Assembly: GCF_001194135.2 (NCBI RefSeq)
Contig: NC_068999.1
Location: 30,717,919-30,752,791, forward strand
DNA: 34,873 nucleotides
Direction of reading: 5' to 3'
Source: Octopus bimaculoides
Lineage: Eukaryota
Under the pieces are notes generated by a model. The model was not told the DNA's origin. It saw only the letters and a program-made list of their open reading frames with translations, and searched no databases. A program made the translations under genes and the position numbers. Shown one piece after another: positions 23,379 through 34,873 of this stretch (position 1 is its first letter; every line of letters begins with the position of its first letter).

Positions 23379-23380
23379 AA
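23096..23380 (+). mobile_element. R4/Dong-like non-LTR 3' end with (TAC)n tail
   Basis: FKKHVREIRIDM*TEQAPKTALLRTARNFRLVL resembles the RLE C-terminus (QKTALLGTARILRKVL), followed by a short UTR and a tactac run. Confidence 0.75.
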
Positions 23381-24260
23381 CAGCATTATTAATAATGACA
23401 TTAATAACATAACATTTCTAATAATAAAAATAACAGTTGTTATGATATAGAGAAAAATGATATAACAAAGAGGAGAATGAAAATGGAAATGATAAACAAG
23501 ATTTTTTTCTAGAGTTAATTCAAATACTAATTCGTAAGCTTTTTAAATTCAGATCTATTGCAATATTTTTTTAAATGGTATATGTAATGAAAAAGCACAA
23601 CTTCTGATGAAAACATTTTAAATTTGAAATCGAAGGAAATAGCATTTAGCTTGAAAAGGTTTTAGTTAAAAATATGCTGGGCTATATTAGGGAAACTGAA
23701 GGGATTGTTTTTTATGTATACGAAGTACTGGAGATTATAAAAGCTGATCCAGGTTCTCTGATTAATACAAAACATGAGATTATTATTGTCAACATGTAAT
23801 TACTTTTTCTTTTTTTTTTAATTATCCTAAATAGCAAAATAAAAATAGTGCAATTATTCATAAAATGAGAGATGATAAACTTAAATAAGAATAATATTAA
23901 CAAGAGCAAAAATAATCATAAGAAATTTGTTGGTTTAGGATAATTTGCTTACACGATCTTATATGTTATGTTTTCCCAATATAACTAATAAATTTTTCAA
24001 TTTATCTTGTATTATTATAATCTTTCATTCTAATTTACTTTTTCATGTATTATTTTAAGGTCTTAAATTTAATTTTATAGTTTATTTGTTTTTCTTAATT
24101 CATGTTTATAAAATCATTCTTAAATCTATTGAGTCAATATCTGAATACCTTTCTATGTACATATGTTAGTGTGAATATATGGGGATTTGTGTATATACAT
24201 TCTATATATATGATTGCATATGTGTATACCATGTCTCTTTGTGCACACATTTTTTCTGTC

Positions 24261-24465
24261 TTTTATCTATTTTACTCATTGGACTGTGGTCATGCTGGGG
24301 TACTACCTTGAAGTATTTTAGAAGAACAAATTGATCTCATTGCTTACTTTAAGTGTGGTACTTATTCTACCTTCTCTTTTATTGAACCACTAAGTTACAG
24401 GGATGTAACAAACCAACACCAGTTAAGCATTGGTCAGAAAGAACAAACACAGACACAAAGGCACA

Positions 24466-24497
<32 letters not shown>

Positions 24498-24557
24498 AAA
24501 CACAATGGCTCTGAGCCCCAAACCACATGGTTGTACAGTGACTTCTTAACCATACTG

Positions 24558-24560
<3 letters not shown>
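24261..24560 (-). mobile_element. tRNA-derived SINE (first family), core largely deleted
   Basis: Tail gaaccactaagttacagggatgtaaca, CA run, head remnant aaccacatggttg..ttaaccatac. Confidence 0.75.
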
Positions 24561-24591
<31 letters not shown>

Positions 24592-25188
24592 ATGACATGT
24601 GAGTGAGTGTGTATGTGTGTGTACATACAAAAATTTAAATGAGAATCAAATCTTTATAAGCTATATCATATTGGAAACATAAAATTAATGTAGTTTTCAA
24701 AACGGTACTTTTATATTTTAAAAGTAATATTAAAATACAAAAACTGTTGTATTATATTGTCAAAATTTGCAAGTTCATATTGAAATCTATGATTTTTTTT
24801 TTGTATAGATTCTCAGATACAAAAACTAGAATTAGAAATATAACTGTCACATACATGATTCCTTAAAACATTCTTAAAGATAATATTTCAAAATTTAGAA
24901 TATATCAAAGGATCTAAACTGTAATATAAATAAGAATTTCAAGACCTGAAAGTGTTTATAATTGTGTTACATAAATAAAAAAAATTTCCCATTAATGAAA
25001 GATTTGTGGATTTTTCTATAAACTCTCATCAAGAAAGACAGAACTATCAGTAAGATTATTCATACACAACATTCATAATTACATAGCATGACAAAATTCT
25101 TTTATATTAAGAGAAAGTTAACAATTGATCCTAATTCCAAATATAAACTTTTTTAAATATTAATACAATAAAGAGTTAAGGTACATAC

Positions 25189-25312
25189 ACATTGAAAATG
25201 AAAATAGACCAGCAGAGGTATAAAACATCATAATATACCAGACATAATGTGATCCCAGATCAATCATCTTAAAAGATAGAGACACAAACAATATAGCCAA
25301 ACAAATTCCATG
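25189..25312 (-). CDS. Candidate internal exon, hydrophobic: HGICLAILFVSLSFKMIDLGSHYVWYIMMFYTSAGLFSFSM
   Basis: Acceptor taattatagtttcAG, donor ATGT|GTATGT, 124 nt open; no homology recognised. Confidence 0.4.
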
Positions 25313-25626
25313 CTGAAACTATAATTATCCAACAACTTTAGATAAAATCAGCATATAAATTGGTATTCTTGGAAGCATTGTTACATTATTAACTAGTAAA
25401 CAATTAATCATCAATGCTGCAGTGAACACATCTGTACACATAACACTTTAATATATCTATGTGTATGATGTAATGAATATGCTCTCCACTTGGACCCACT
25501 TTTGCCACCTTTTACATGAGTAAACAAGAAAATAAGTTATTCAACAAAATAAGATATGAACCACTCAAACACACATATTGAAGATGCATTGTCAATATAT
25601 AAATAGGAGTTAAGCATATTAACCAT

Positions 25627-26505
25627 TCATCATCATCATTTAATGTCTGTTCTCCATGCTGGTATGGGTTGAATGGTTTGACAGGAGCTGGCAAGCCAGA
25701 GAGCTGCCTAGGCTCCATTTGTCTGCTTTGGCATGGTTTCTATGGTCAGATGTCCTTCCTAATGACAACCACTTTTGTACTGGATGCTTTTAACATGGCC
25801 ACTTTTACGTAGCACTAGCACGGCCACTTTGATGTGACACTGGCATGGGCACTTTACATGATACTAGCACAGGTACTTTTATGTGGCACCAGTATGAGCA
25901 CTTTTACATGGCACTGGCACAAGTGTTTTTACATTGCACCAGCACCCACAAGTCCACAAAACTAGAATCTCTCAGCTGAGAGAGGAATGGAGAGGACATA
26001 TCTGTATGTATGGACAGCCACAATTTTACTTAGCTTGATGCGTCTTCTCAGGCACAGCAAACTGCTCAAAGTCTTGTCATCTCCTCTGTGAGGTCCAACA
26101 TCTGACGATTCTTTCTCACCACTTCTACATGTTCCCTCCACAGTTAGAGATCAGTATTTCATGATGCAGCTGTCCTAATTCTTACACATCATACCAGCAC
26201 AGTCTTCTTTGTTGCATGCAATATCTCATGCCTCTTGTACCTAATTTTTCTCTTAAATAATTTACACTTTGTTCACACTGACATTACCCATCCAGTTGAA
26301 CATGCTTACTTCATTTCTTTCAAGCCTTTGTATATCTTCTGTAGTCATAACCCATGTTTTACTGTCATGCAGCATAGCTGTACATACATAGGCATTGTTC
26401 AGTTTGCCTTTCATGCTGAGGGAGAGGCCTTTTGTTACCAACAAAGGTAGCAGTTCTCTGAACTTTGACCAGCCCATTCGTATTCTAGCAACTAAACTTT
26501 TAGAA
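25627..26505 (-). mobile_element. RTE LINE 3' end (RT C-terminus plus 3' UTR with tandem units)
   Basis: ORF 26262-26477 WSKFRELLPLL..LSMKGKLNNAYVCTAMLHDSKTW..RLERNEVSM; (GAT)n 3' end at 25627. Confidence 0.9.
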
Positions 26506-26877
26506 CGTCCTCCTTGAGCAACTTAAAAATGAAATTCCCTTTCGAGTAAAATGAAGAAACTGTAAGTGTTAATTTAATTCAAGACAATAAATACATCACA
26601 GTGATACACGACATCAATCACAATACTTAAGGCAAAGACTGACTATCCAAATAAATATGAAACCAATATTAAATTTCAGTTTGCACTTTGTGAGAGAAAA
26701 AGTTAAGCATAAAATAACACCTAGTTTAAAATGGATACACAATTTATAAAACTGATGGAGAATGTTCAAGTAAATAATATTGCATTCACCTTAGCTACAA
26801 ATTTTTTCAGATGTAAGTCATAAAAGTTAAAACTATAGCAATATTACAAACATTCTGCACAAAAAAAAACAAAAAAC

Positions 26878-28383
26878 TTTTATATCCTGCTACAGGTTGG
26901 TATAGATAAATTATGTAGGGGAGGTTTAATCGATGTGTTCCCACGATGTAGTCCATGAGGCTACTAAAATGATATCTTGCCTACTACCGACTACTACTCT
27001 TTATAAGAGTTTGGCTAGTCCATTCTGCCAGGGGTGTCAATGACTCTTGCCACAACATCTCCCTCTTTGAGATTGACTTCTGTTTGAAGCTAATATTATT
27101 ATTATTATTTTTTTTTTTTTTCTAGTATCTTTTACACAATATCGGCCAGGAATTTGAAATTAGAAATTTGATTATTTACACAATATTGGCCTTTTCACAA
27201 AGTATCGGCCTGGAATTTGAATTTTTATTCTTGTTTTTACATCATTACTTTTATATCCTGATGACTCATTATCACATGTTGTAACGTAATTTAATTGTTA
27301 CCCACCTCTCAGGTAGTATTGTTCGTTTTGCACACAGCATTCTTGTTTTCTGTTGTACTAAGTACTCTTGTTTTCCACTTGAATGGACTTTAGTGTGATT
27401 TTTTAACCCCAAAGAAGACATCTCTTCTAGCTGGTTAACATGGCACAGCTGCATCCGATATATTGAGAGTAGAGGAATCAAATCCTTATCACATTCTAGT
27501 GGCAGGACCAACACACAGTAATTCGAACAACTACCATTATGGCAACTTATGTGTTCAGTGTGAATTCAATGTGGATCTAACACACCAACTCTCATTGGCC
27601 TCTGGCAAAACTCTTCAATGACTTCTGACGACTTGCCACCTTTTCACAAGACATGATAAGTATTTTACTGGTGGTACTTTGGCTGCCAAGCATGCAACCT
27701 TTACAAGCTTTTACCCATTTCTTGATAACAAATTAACTGTTTAATTGAAGCAAATCTCACCTGGTTTCTTCAGCAGAAAATAGTTACAGTATTTTTCATG
27801 TTCAGCAAGGAATAACTTACTTAAAAGTAGTCACACCTTCTTCCTGTCGTTCCAATTTTTATATCCTTCTTTGAAGATTTCTTTGTATCTTCTAAAATAT
27901 GTAGAAAAAGTAGTACCTTCTTCTGGATTATAAATAAATTCTCCAATTGAATTTGCTACACTGTCTGACAAGAACGAACCTTTAGTATTTTCAGACTTCA
28001 TTGCTTCCAGTAACTGTTGGTATTGTTGTAGTTGCTGTTGTAGGTGTTATTGTTGCTGTTGTAGTTGTTGTTGTAACTGCTGCAACTGTACCACACAAGC
28101 TAACAAATCTTCCATGTTAAATGATTTTTTCTTTGGTTCAAAACCAAAGAAAAAATTCAAATGTCCTATGCAAGCTTCAAATATCTCATCGCCACTTTTA
28201 TATTCTGCCACAGGTGGTAATAAATAAATTAAGCTGCAGAGGTTTAATCAATGTGTTCACATGATGTACTTTGCAAGACTACCAAAAACGCTCTCTTCCC
28301 TACTACTGACTATTACTCTTTATAAGAGTTCGGCTAGTCCATTCTCCAATCCGCCAGGGGTGTCAATGACTCTCACCACAACA
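26878..28383 (-). mobile_element. Compact Ty3/gypsy deletion derivative: 5' LTR, PBS, gag, PPT, 3' LTR
   Basis: Direct repeats of about 180 bp (26878-27057 and 28195-28383); PBS-like TGGCGATGAG at 28185-28194; PPT GAGGGAGA; gag-like MEDLLACVVQLQQLQQ..NSIGEFIYNPEEGTTFSTYFRRYKEIF..LLLSKL; no pol domains. Confidence 0.85.
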
Positions 28384-28687
28384 AAAGCCAAACTTGCATC
28401 CAACACTCAACAATGAACTTTAGTAAGTTGCCCTAAGGAAAAATAAATACTTGTTCAGTGTTTCAAATCCTAAATACATCTTTCCTCATTGTCAGAAACA
28501 TATTTCCTCAGATGCAGTCTTTTGACCATAACTGACAAGAATATGCTGACATTATAAATTGGCCAACAAAAATCTCAAATGGAAAACACACACACACACA
28601 CTGGTTTAACCTGCAGGTGAATACACAATGTCGGTATCTCATTGCATGTGAGAAATTATTTTACAAGACATGTGCTATAATATATTG

Positions 28688-28875
28688 GTTTCAAATTTTG
28701 ACACAAGGCCAGCAATTACATTGACCCCAGTGCTCTACTGGTACTTATTTTATTGATCCCAAAAGGGATGAAAGGCAAAGTTGACTTAAGTGGAGTTTGA
28801 ATTCAGAACATAAGGACAGACAATATGCTGCTAAGCATTTTGGCTGGCATGCTAACAATTCTGTCTGCTCACCAT
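28688..28875 (-). mobile_element. SINE (second family)
   Basis: Same central domain and head as 22830-23040. Confidence 0.8.
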
Positions 28876-29262
28876 CTTCATATGTTATAATAGTTTAATT
28901 ATCATCTAAATTATGATATTATTTTGTGTAGTCATTATCCTGGAAAGCTGAACATTTATAAAGACAAAAATCCTGAGCCTGATGTTAGATAAAAAAAAAA
29001 CTTCAATTCTGGAAATACAGATTATCCCTATAACAATTAAAGTTTTCAGATAAATTAACATGTGAACAAATAAATTCAGCAAATTTTGTCTAACATCCTG
29101 CCTGAACATTTGTAGGCTTTAGGATTATTGACCTAATCTGAAAGAGTCAAATATCAATGTACATTTATCGTTGTTTATCATGAGTGTTTGGTTAAAAAAA
29201 GAACACCATGTTAAATGAATCGGTGATAAATGAGTAATCAAATGTACAGGAAAATAGTTTTT

Positions 29263-29593
29263 TGTTATGTCTCAAGCTACTGCTATCTAGCACCTTTGGA
29301 TGATCTCATCCTCATCGCTACTGTTATCTCTCAAGCTACTGCTATCTAGCACCTTTGGATGATCTCTACTCAACCGCTACATGATGGCTACTCAACCTCT
29401 CTACCATGGTTAGACTACCTCTATTTATGTCTTGGGAGATCCTACTTCTTTGCTTGGGGGCGTTGACACAACAGTTTTGTTCTGAGACCCCAAGTTGTCT
29501 TGAGTATTATGGATTGCTACTGAGGCATGCTTTTTGGTCCAAGCAGAATATTTGACTTGTGTTATCATAGATCAATTTAGGGTAAACATAACA
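29263..29593. mobile_element. Candidate solo LTR with internal 38-bp direct repeat
   Basis: Ends TGTTATGT...ACATAACA (perfect 8-bp inversion); repeat tctcaagctactgctatctagcacctttggatgatctc at 29270 and 29329; no TSD seen. Confidence 0.5.
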
Positions 29594-30426
29594 CAATTCA
29601 CAATTAATGTACTGTATTATCCTGGACTAGTGATGAATGAATAATTGATAACAAGGATGTATGAATAATGTAAACAACACTGACCAGATTTAGGTATGTT
29701 CACAATTCCTTTAAAACATTTTCCTAATAATACAGAATCAATTTTAAAAGAAGGCATCCCTAAAATTTATAATTAATTTATATAAATATAAAATACAACT
29801 AATGTAACACAATGATTATAATATTCCACTTTAAAGCTCAAATAATCATTTCCTACATGTTCATTACATCATTCTAATATTTTGTTGCCTCTGAACTTGT
29901 AAAATAATTTATACAACATTCACTAATGGATTACAGTATTGTGTAAATCATTACTTTGTATATCATCACTCTTCTTTCTTATTATTATCATTATAATATT
30001 GCTGTTTTTCTATTACTTCATGTATAAGAATCACAGGAGGTCAGACACACTGCTACCAATTCTGACCTTTGTTATTGAATCTCAACCATAAATGTTTTAC
30101 ACTCTATTGTGTCTCTTTATGCAATATTAATATGCAGTAATTTTGGGGTTGAGATAAATGAAATAACTGTAACAAATATCGATTGTTTTGATAAGAAAAT
30201 TCTTCTACAAGTTATTAATGAGCTCAATGGATTTTTGCTGGTCACCTTACAGTTGCAGTAAATATCAGTGTGAGTCTTAGCAAATAGCTTCAAAGAAAAG
30301 CATAATGCTTAAACATTTTAAAAATCAACAAAAAACGTCTTTAAAATGAAAACTTTGGTGGGTAGTATTAAAAAAGTAAAACATTCTTCAATAAAATTAT
30401 TGATTATAACAGTAAGAAAATCAACG

Positions 30427-31775
30427 TCATCATCATTTAATGTCCATTTTCCATACTGGCATGGGTTGGACGGTTTCACTGGGGACTGGCAAGCCAGGAG
30501 GCTGCACCAGGCTCCAATCTGATCTGGCAATGTTTCTACAGCTAGATGCCCTTCTTAATGCCAGCTACTCTGAGAGTGTAGTGGGTGCTTTTTACGTGCC
30601 ACCGGAACGGGAGCAAGTCAGGCAGCACTGGCATCAGCTGTGTTTAGATGGTGCTTTTTACATGCCACTGGCATGGGGAACCAGTCAGGCGGCTCTGGCA
30701 ACAACCCATGCATTAATGGTACTTATTGTATGCCACCAGCACTGATATCAGCCACAACTACAATTTCCATTTAATTGTTATTTGATTTGATTTTGATTTT
30801 TGATTTACTTGACTCAATAGGTCTCCTCAAGTATGGCATGTCACCCGATGATTCAAAGGTACTTTTTAAATGGGCTGGTTATGCGACACTGGTGTAGGCT
30901 ATGATTGTGATCTTACTTTCCTTGCTGGGTCTTCTCAATCACAGCATATCTCCAGAGGTCTTGGTCTTTCGTCATTGCCTCTGTGAGGCCCAACGTTTGA
31001 AGGTTATGCCATGTCATCCTGGGGTTCCCTCTTCCACAGGTTCCTTTCACTGTTAGGGAGTGACACTTCTTCACACAGCTCTCCTCATCTATATGTAGCA
31101 CATGACCATACCAGTGCAGTCATTTCTCTTGCACACCACATCTGATGCTTCCTATGTCCAACATTTCTCTCAGGGCGCTTACACTTGTCAATCCTCAGTT
31201 TCCACGTCACCTACCAGATAAGGGATGAGGGGACCCTGTCAAAGGCTTTCTCCAAGTCAACAAAAGCCAAGTATAGGAGTTTATCTTTGGCTAGGTATTT
31301 CTCCTGCAGTTGCTATACCAGGAATATAGCACCAGGAGTGCTTCTACCTGGCACAAAACTGAACTGCATCTCATCTAAACAGACTCTCTCCCTAATTAGT
31401 TGGGCTATGACCCTCTCTGTGACCTTCATCACCTGCTCCAGCAGTTTGATATGCCTGTAGTTATTTCTATCTAAAGCATTACCTTTAACTTTCTAGTAGT
31501 TAACTATGGTGCTGCTACACCAGTCATTGGGTATGACTCCTTCGTGAACTACCTGGTTTACAATATGAGTGACTAGATATTTTAAGCATCTCAGCAGTGA
31601 TTCCTGATGGGCTGGGGGCTTTTCCTGACTTCATATCCTTAATTGCTTATTCTACCAGGGTGCTATCTATCTGGGTAGCTGGTCCCTCAACTGGGTCAAC
31701 ATTTGGCAGGCTCTCCTCCCATTCATTCACTGTAAGAGTAATTCTGATGTTGTCCCCCTTTCTAACATTTTAGCC
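30427..31775 (-). mobile_element. RTE LINE, internally deleted (RT N-terminal part joined to C-terminus and 3' UTR)
   Basis: MKSGKAPSPSGITAEML..NYRHIKLLEQVMKV..QFSFVPGRST..LAFVDLEKAFDRVP, then a jump near 31190 to RWYGHVLHIDEESCVKKC..GTCGRG..TW; (GAT)n end. Confidence 0.9.
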
Positions 31776-32108
31776 TCAATTTATATCTAACTATCATCAT
31801 ATTTTTATCCCCCCATTGAATGATTTCTTCATTATCAAAGTAATTTGCTTTACATTACTGTAATTTAAATCTTGATCTTCAAACTAACCTCAGAGTACAG
31901 CAAATTAATTAATTGGTCTACAAATGTATTTCACCTCTAACCAATCTGAGCCTGTATGCAATCACTTGACTTACTACAAATAGTAACCAAATTTCCCTCA
32001 AATCACACATTATCTTACAAATGGAAGGATAGGATGGTTGTGGTTGAAACAGCTTTAACAACAGTTCTACTCAGAGATGAATAAGGACTAAACAATGACA
32101 ACTGATAC

Positions 32109-32254
32109 CATATTCTTAGGTATGTTTGTAAGAAAACATTCAGAAAAGTGAACTATTCTTCTGTGGCTCCAAGTTCTCATGCCTTCCAAACTGTAACCAG
32201 TCCCAAACAACTTTGTTAAATCTTCTGGTCTGAAACTGTTCAATTGAGATGTGA
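32109..32254 (-). CDS. Candidate internal exon: TSQLNSFRPEDLTKLFGTGYSLEGMRTWSHRRIVHFSECFLTNIPKNM
   Basis: Acceptor tattacttacAG, donor ATG|GTATCA, 146 nt open, protein-like composition, not transposon-like; no homology recognised. Confidence 0.5.
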
Positions 32255-32424
32255 CTGTAAGTAATACTTCTAAAAAATAAAACCACCACATCTGCTGTCC
32301 ACTTTACCTCCAAACCCACACAACAAAACGTTTCTCTACCCATCCTCAGTTTCACCCTAATATACACATAGTTGAAAAACCTTGTTGACTGCATCATTTT
32401 AGTAAGGTAACTAGTCATGATTGT

Positions 32425-34873
32425 ATCTCTTATATCCTTGAGTTTAGATATAGACTACACTGTAACAGTGTTATAACACTACAAAAACTAAATCAGTAAT
32501 AAACATGTCACAAACTTATACTGCTTCTTAACGACTGCCTTCACACACCGCACTATATGTTGCACTGTCAGTACGCATGCACCTTTATAAAGTTTAGGAC
32601 AGTTCACTAGCTATCCCACAGGGGTGTCAGGATTTCACCACAACATCTCCCCTTTTTGAGCTTGACTTTCCTTGGAAGTCAATATTTTTCTTTTATTTAT
32701 TATATATTTATTACCACCTCTCCCAGCTTTTTTTTTTTATTTAATTCCCTGGGAAGAAATTGGAATATTTTTCTCGTTTGGGCTCTACTTGCAAAAGTTC
32801 TGTTTGTTTTCTTTTCCTGGTCGATGTACTCATTGGTTTGACTATTCTTTGAGGTACCAGGATGCCAAAAATGTCAAAGAAATTCCATTGGTTCTTCATG
32901 TCTTATTGTTTTTTCTGTAAACCGTTTTTTCAGTTGGTTCAAATGTCTTTTGTATTCCCACGTATTACCTTTCACCATGTACATTATTTTTCCTAAATGT
33001 TTACTTATTATACCTTCCCAACTTTCCTTTCTATTTCTGTATATTTAAAAAAAACTTTGTCTCTTATTTTGAAATAATTTATCTTATTTTCAGCGTTTTT
33101 CTCCATCTTTTCTTTTCTTCCTGGTAGTAATTTGTCAAACACTGACCTGACTTTCCTGGCAGCGACATACCTGAAGTGGTGTTGGGGTTAGGTGTTATTT
33201 GGTAGACACTTAAGAATTGCGTCAGTGCAGAATCAGTTAGGAGCTCATTCCTAGATTTTTTCAGTGCCCTCTTGAATGTGTCTACAAAATGTTCCACTAG
33301 TCTATTCGATCTTGGATGGTGTGGCGGAGTAGTAATATTGCATGCATTTTGCAAAAGTTTTTTAAATTCCTTCGATGTGAACCGTGTTCTTTTATCAAGC
33401 ACTATAGTGTCTGGGATGCCATATGGCACAAAATGTTCTTCCAGAAATTCCATTGTTACTTTGGAGGTTGGCTTACTACATTTACATTTATCTGGCCATT
33501 TTGTTCGTGTAACTATCCACAACTGTTAGATAATACCTTCCATTTAATGGTCCTACGAAGTCTATGTGTAATCTGAACCAATGTATGTCAGTCTTGGATC
33601 AAGGATGAATTTTTATAGGTGGTGATTTTGCTGTCAGGGCACAACCCCTGCAGGCTTTCACCAATTTTTCAATATCCTGATCCATATTTGGGCAGTTGAC
33701 GTAGCTCCCTCGCGATTCCTGGATGTCCCGTGTGAAATTCTTTTAGCATAGGTATTACAACCCTCTGAGCGTACATAAATACATCATCACATATCGAATA
33801 CCATTTTGAAACTATGTTACACTCGGCTACATGAGTTTTTGTATTTGTTTCTGACATCACTATTTTTTTCATTTTTATTATGAACACATCCTTCTCTGCT
33901 TTAATTTCTATTTCCTCTAAAGAGAAAGGTAGTTTATGTACTATGTTGCAGAATATATTTTTTATTTTGATTTCAGCGTTTAACACCACTGTTACTGTGT
34001 CCTCTAACGGTTCATTGTATTTAGGTATCGATCTTGACAGCCCATCTGCATATTCCAGCACTGCAATCAATTGGCTGTATGTGTGGGGATACCCTTTTTC
34101 AATTTATAAATTGACAACAGTGAGTGACGATCTGTCTGCCAACTGAATTTCTTTCCATTTATGAATTTGTGAATTTTTACCACCGTAAAAATAATGGGTA
34201 ATGCCTCCTTTTCAATTTGGCTGTAGTTTTTTTTCAGCTGCCAACAATGAACGTGAAGTATGAATGATGGGTTTTAGGCTATCGTTTTCATACTTGTGCA
34301 AAATTACTGTTCCTATTCCACTTTCACAAGCATCTTATGCTACTACTATTTTTATATTTGGATCAAGGTGCGATAATGAGTTCTGATGTTAAAACTTTTA
34401 AAAATTTCTTCGAATGCTTTTTGGCCCCAGTTCGACCAATACCATTGAATGTCTTTTTTCAATAGGTTTGTAGTAACGCCGTGCGCATGCATAGTCTCAC
34501 ACATACGTGGAATTAAACAACCAAGCGTTCCCGCTCAATTCATTCTCTTTCTTGCTGGCCAGCAATAGAGCATGGACGTGTCAAGCAGTGTCTCTAACAT
34601 TCCAACCTGGAGACAGTCTCTTTACGTGTATAGCTGTCACTCTCCATCTTTCGGACTTACACTCGACAACTCGCTCACATCTACATAACAACGTCCCAAC
34701 AACTATACTCACACACATAGAAGCTGTAACAACAAGAGCTAAAGATGTATATATTTACAACCTAAATAAAGTGTTGTTTAAGTTGATAGTCTGGAGTTCA
34801 GCGTTCCGTTATATTCTATAATTTTATATAGGAAAGTCAGGTATACAACTAATGATGTATAACCAACTTTCCA
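32425..34873 (-). mobile_element. Ty3/gypsy element: 3' LTR (about 32425-32646), PPT, integrase, RNase H and RT end; runs off the window
   Basis: DACESGIGTVILHKY, AAEKNYSQIEKEAL, ADGLSR, YAQRVVIP..EFHTGHPGI, TTPPHHPRSNRLVEHFVDTFK; PPT AAAAAGGGGAGA abuts TGTTGTGG. Confidence 0.92.
34469..34820 (+). mobile_element. Candidate solo LTR nested in gypsy pol
   Basis: Starts TGTAGTAACG, ends CGTTATATTCTATA, AATAAA near the 3' end; gypsy RT/connection sequence appears to resume on the far side; no TSD. Confidence 0.5.

Noticed and set aside
26870-28390. Target-site duplication around the compact LTR element
   Set aside because: The flanks (aacttt and aaagcc) are not direct repeats
29270-29366. CRISPR-like repeat-spacer-repeat (38-bp repeat, 21-bp gap)
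   Set aside because: Only two units, the gap resembles the repeat, eukaryotic context and no cas genes

Overview
AT-rich, repeat-dense eukaryotic DNA. The SINE/RTE/microsatellite content looks like a cephalopod (octopus-type) genome; this is an inference from recalled repeat families, not a database hit. Almost all recognisable coding sequence is decayed transposon: RTE LINE pieces, R4/Dong-like non-LTR fragments, a hAT transposase relic, three related Ty3/gypsy elements (one a compact two-LTR gag-only derivative) and candidate solo LTRs. There are two Penelope-like (PLE) lineages: a RT+GIY-YIG family in two copies and an old Naiad-like relic. Also present are a non-autonomous Helitron with both ends intact, MITEs and many tRNA-derived SINEs. 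The most notable structure is the PLE 3' end, where a tRNA-like Pol III module, an (AAT)n spacer and a minimal type I hammerhead ribozyme lie in series; one copy also has an inverted arm. Four splice-bounded open segments on the minus strand may be exons of an unidentified host gene. No intact gene, rRNA, genuine tRNA or CRISPR array is supported. Boundaries of decayed elements are approximate.
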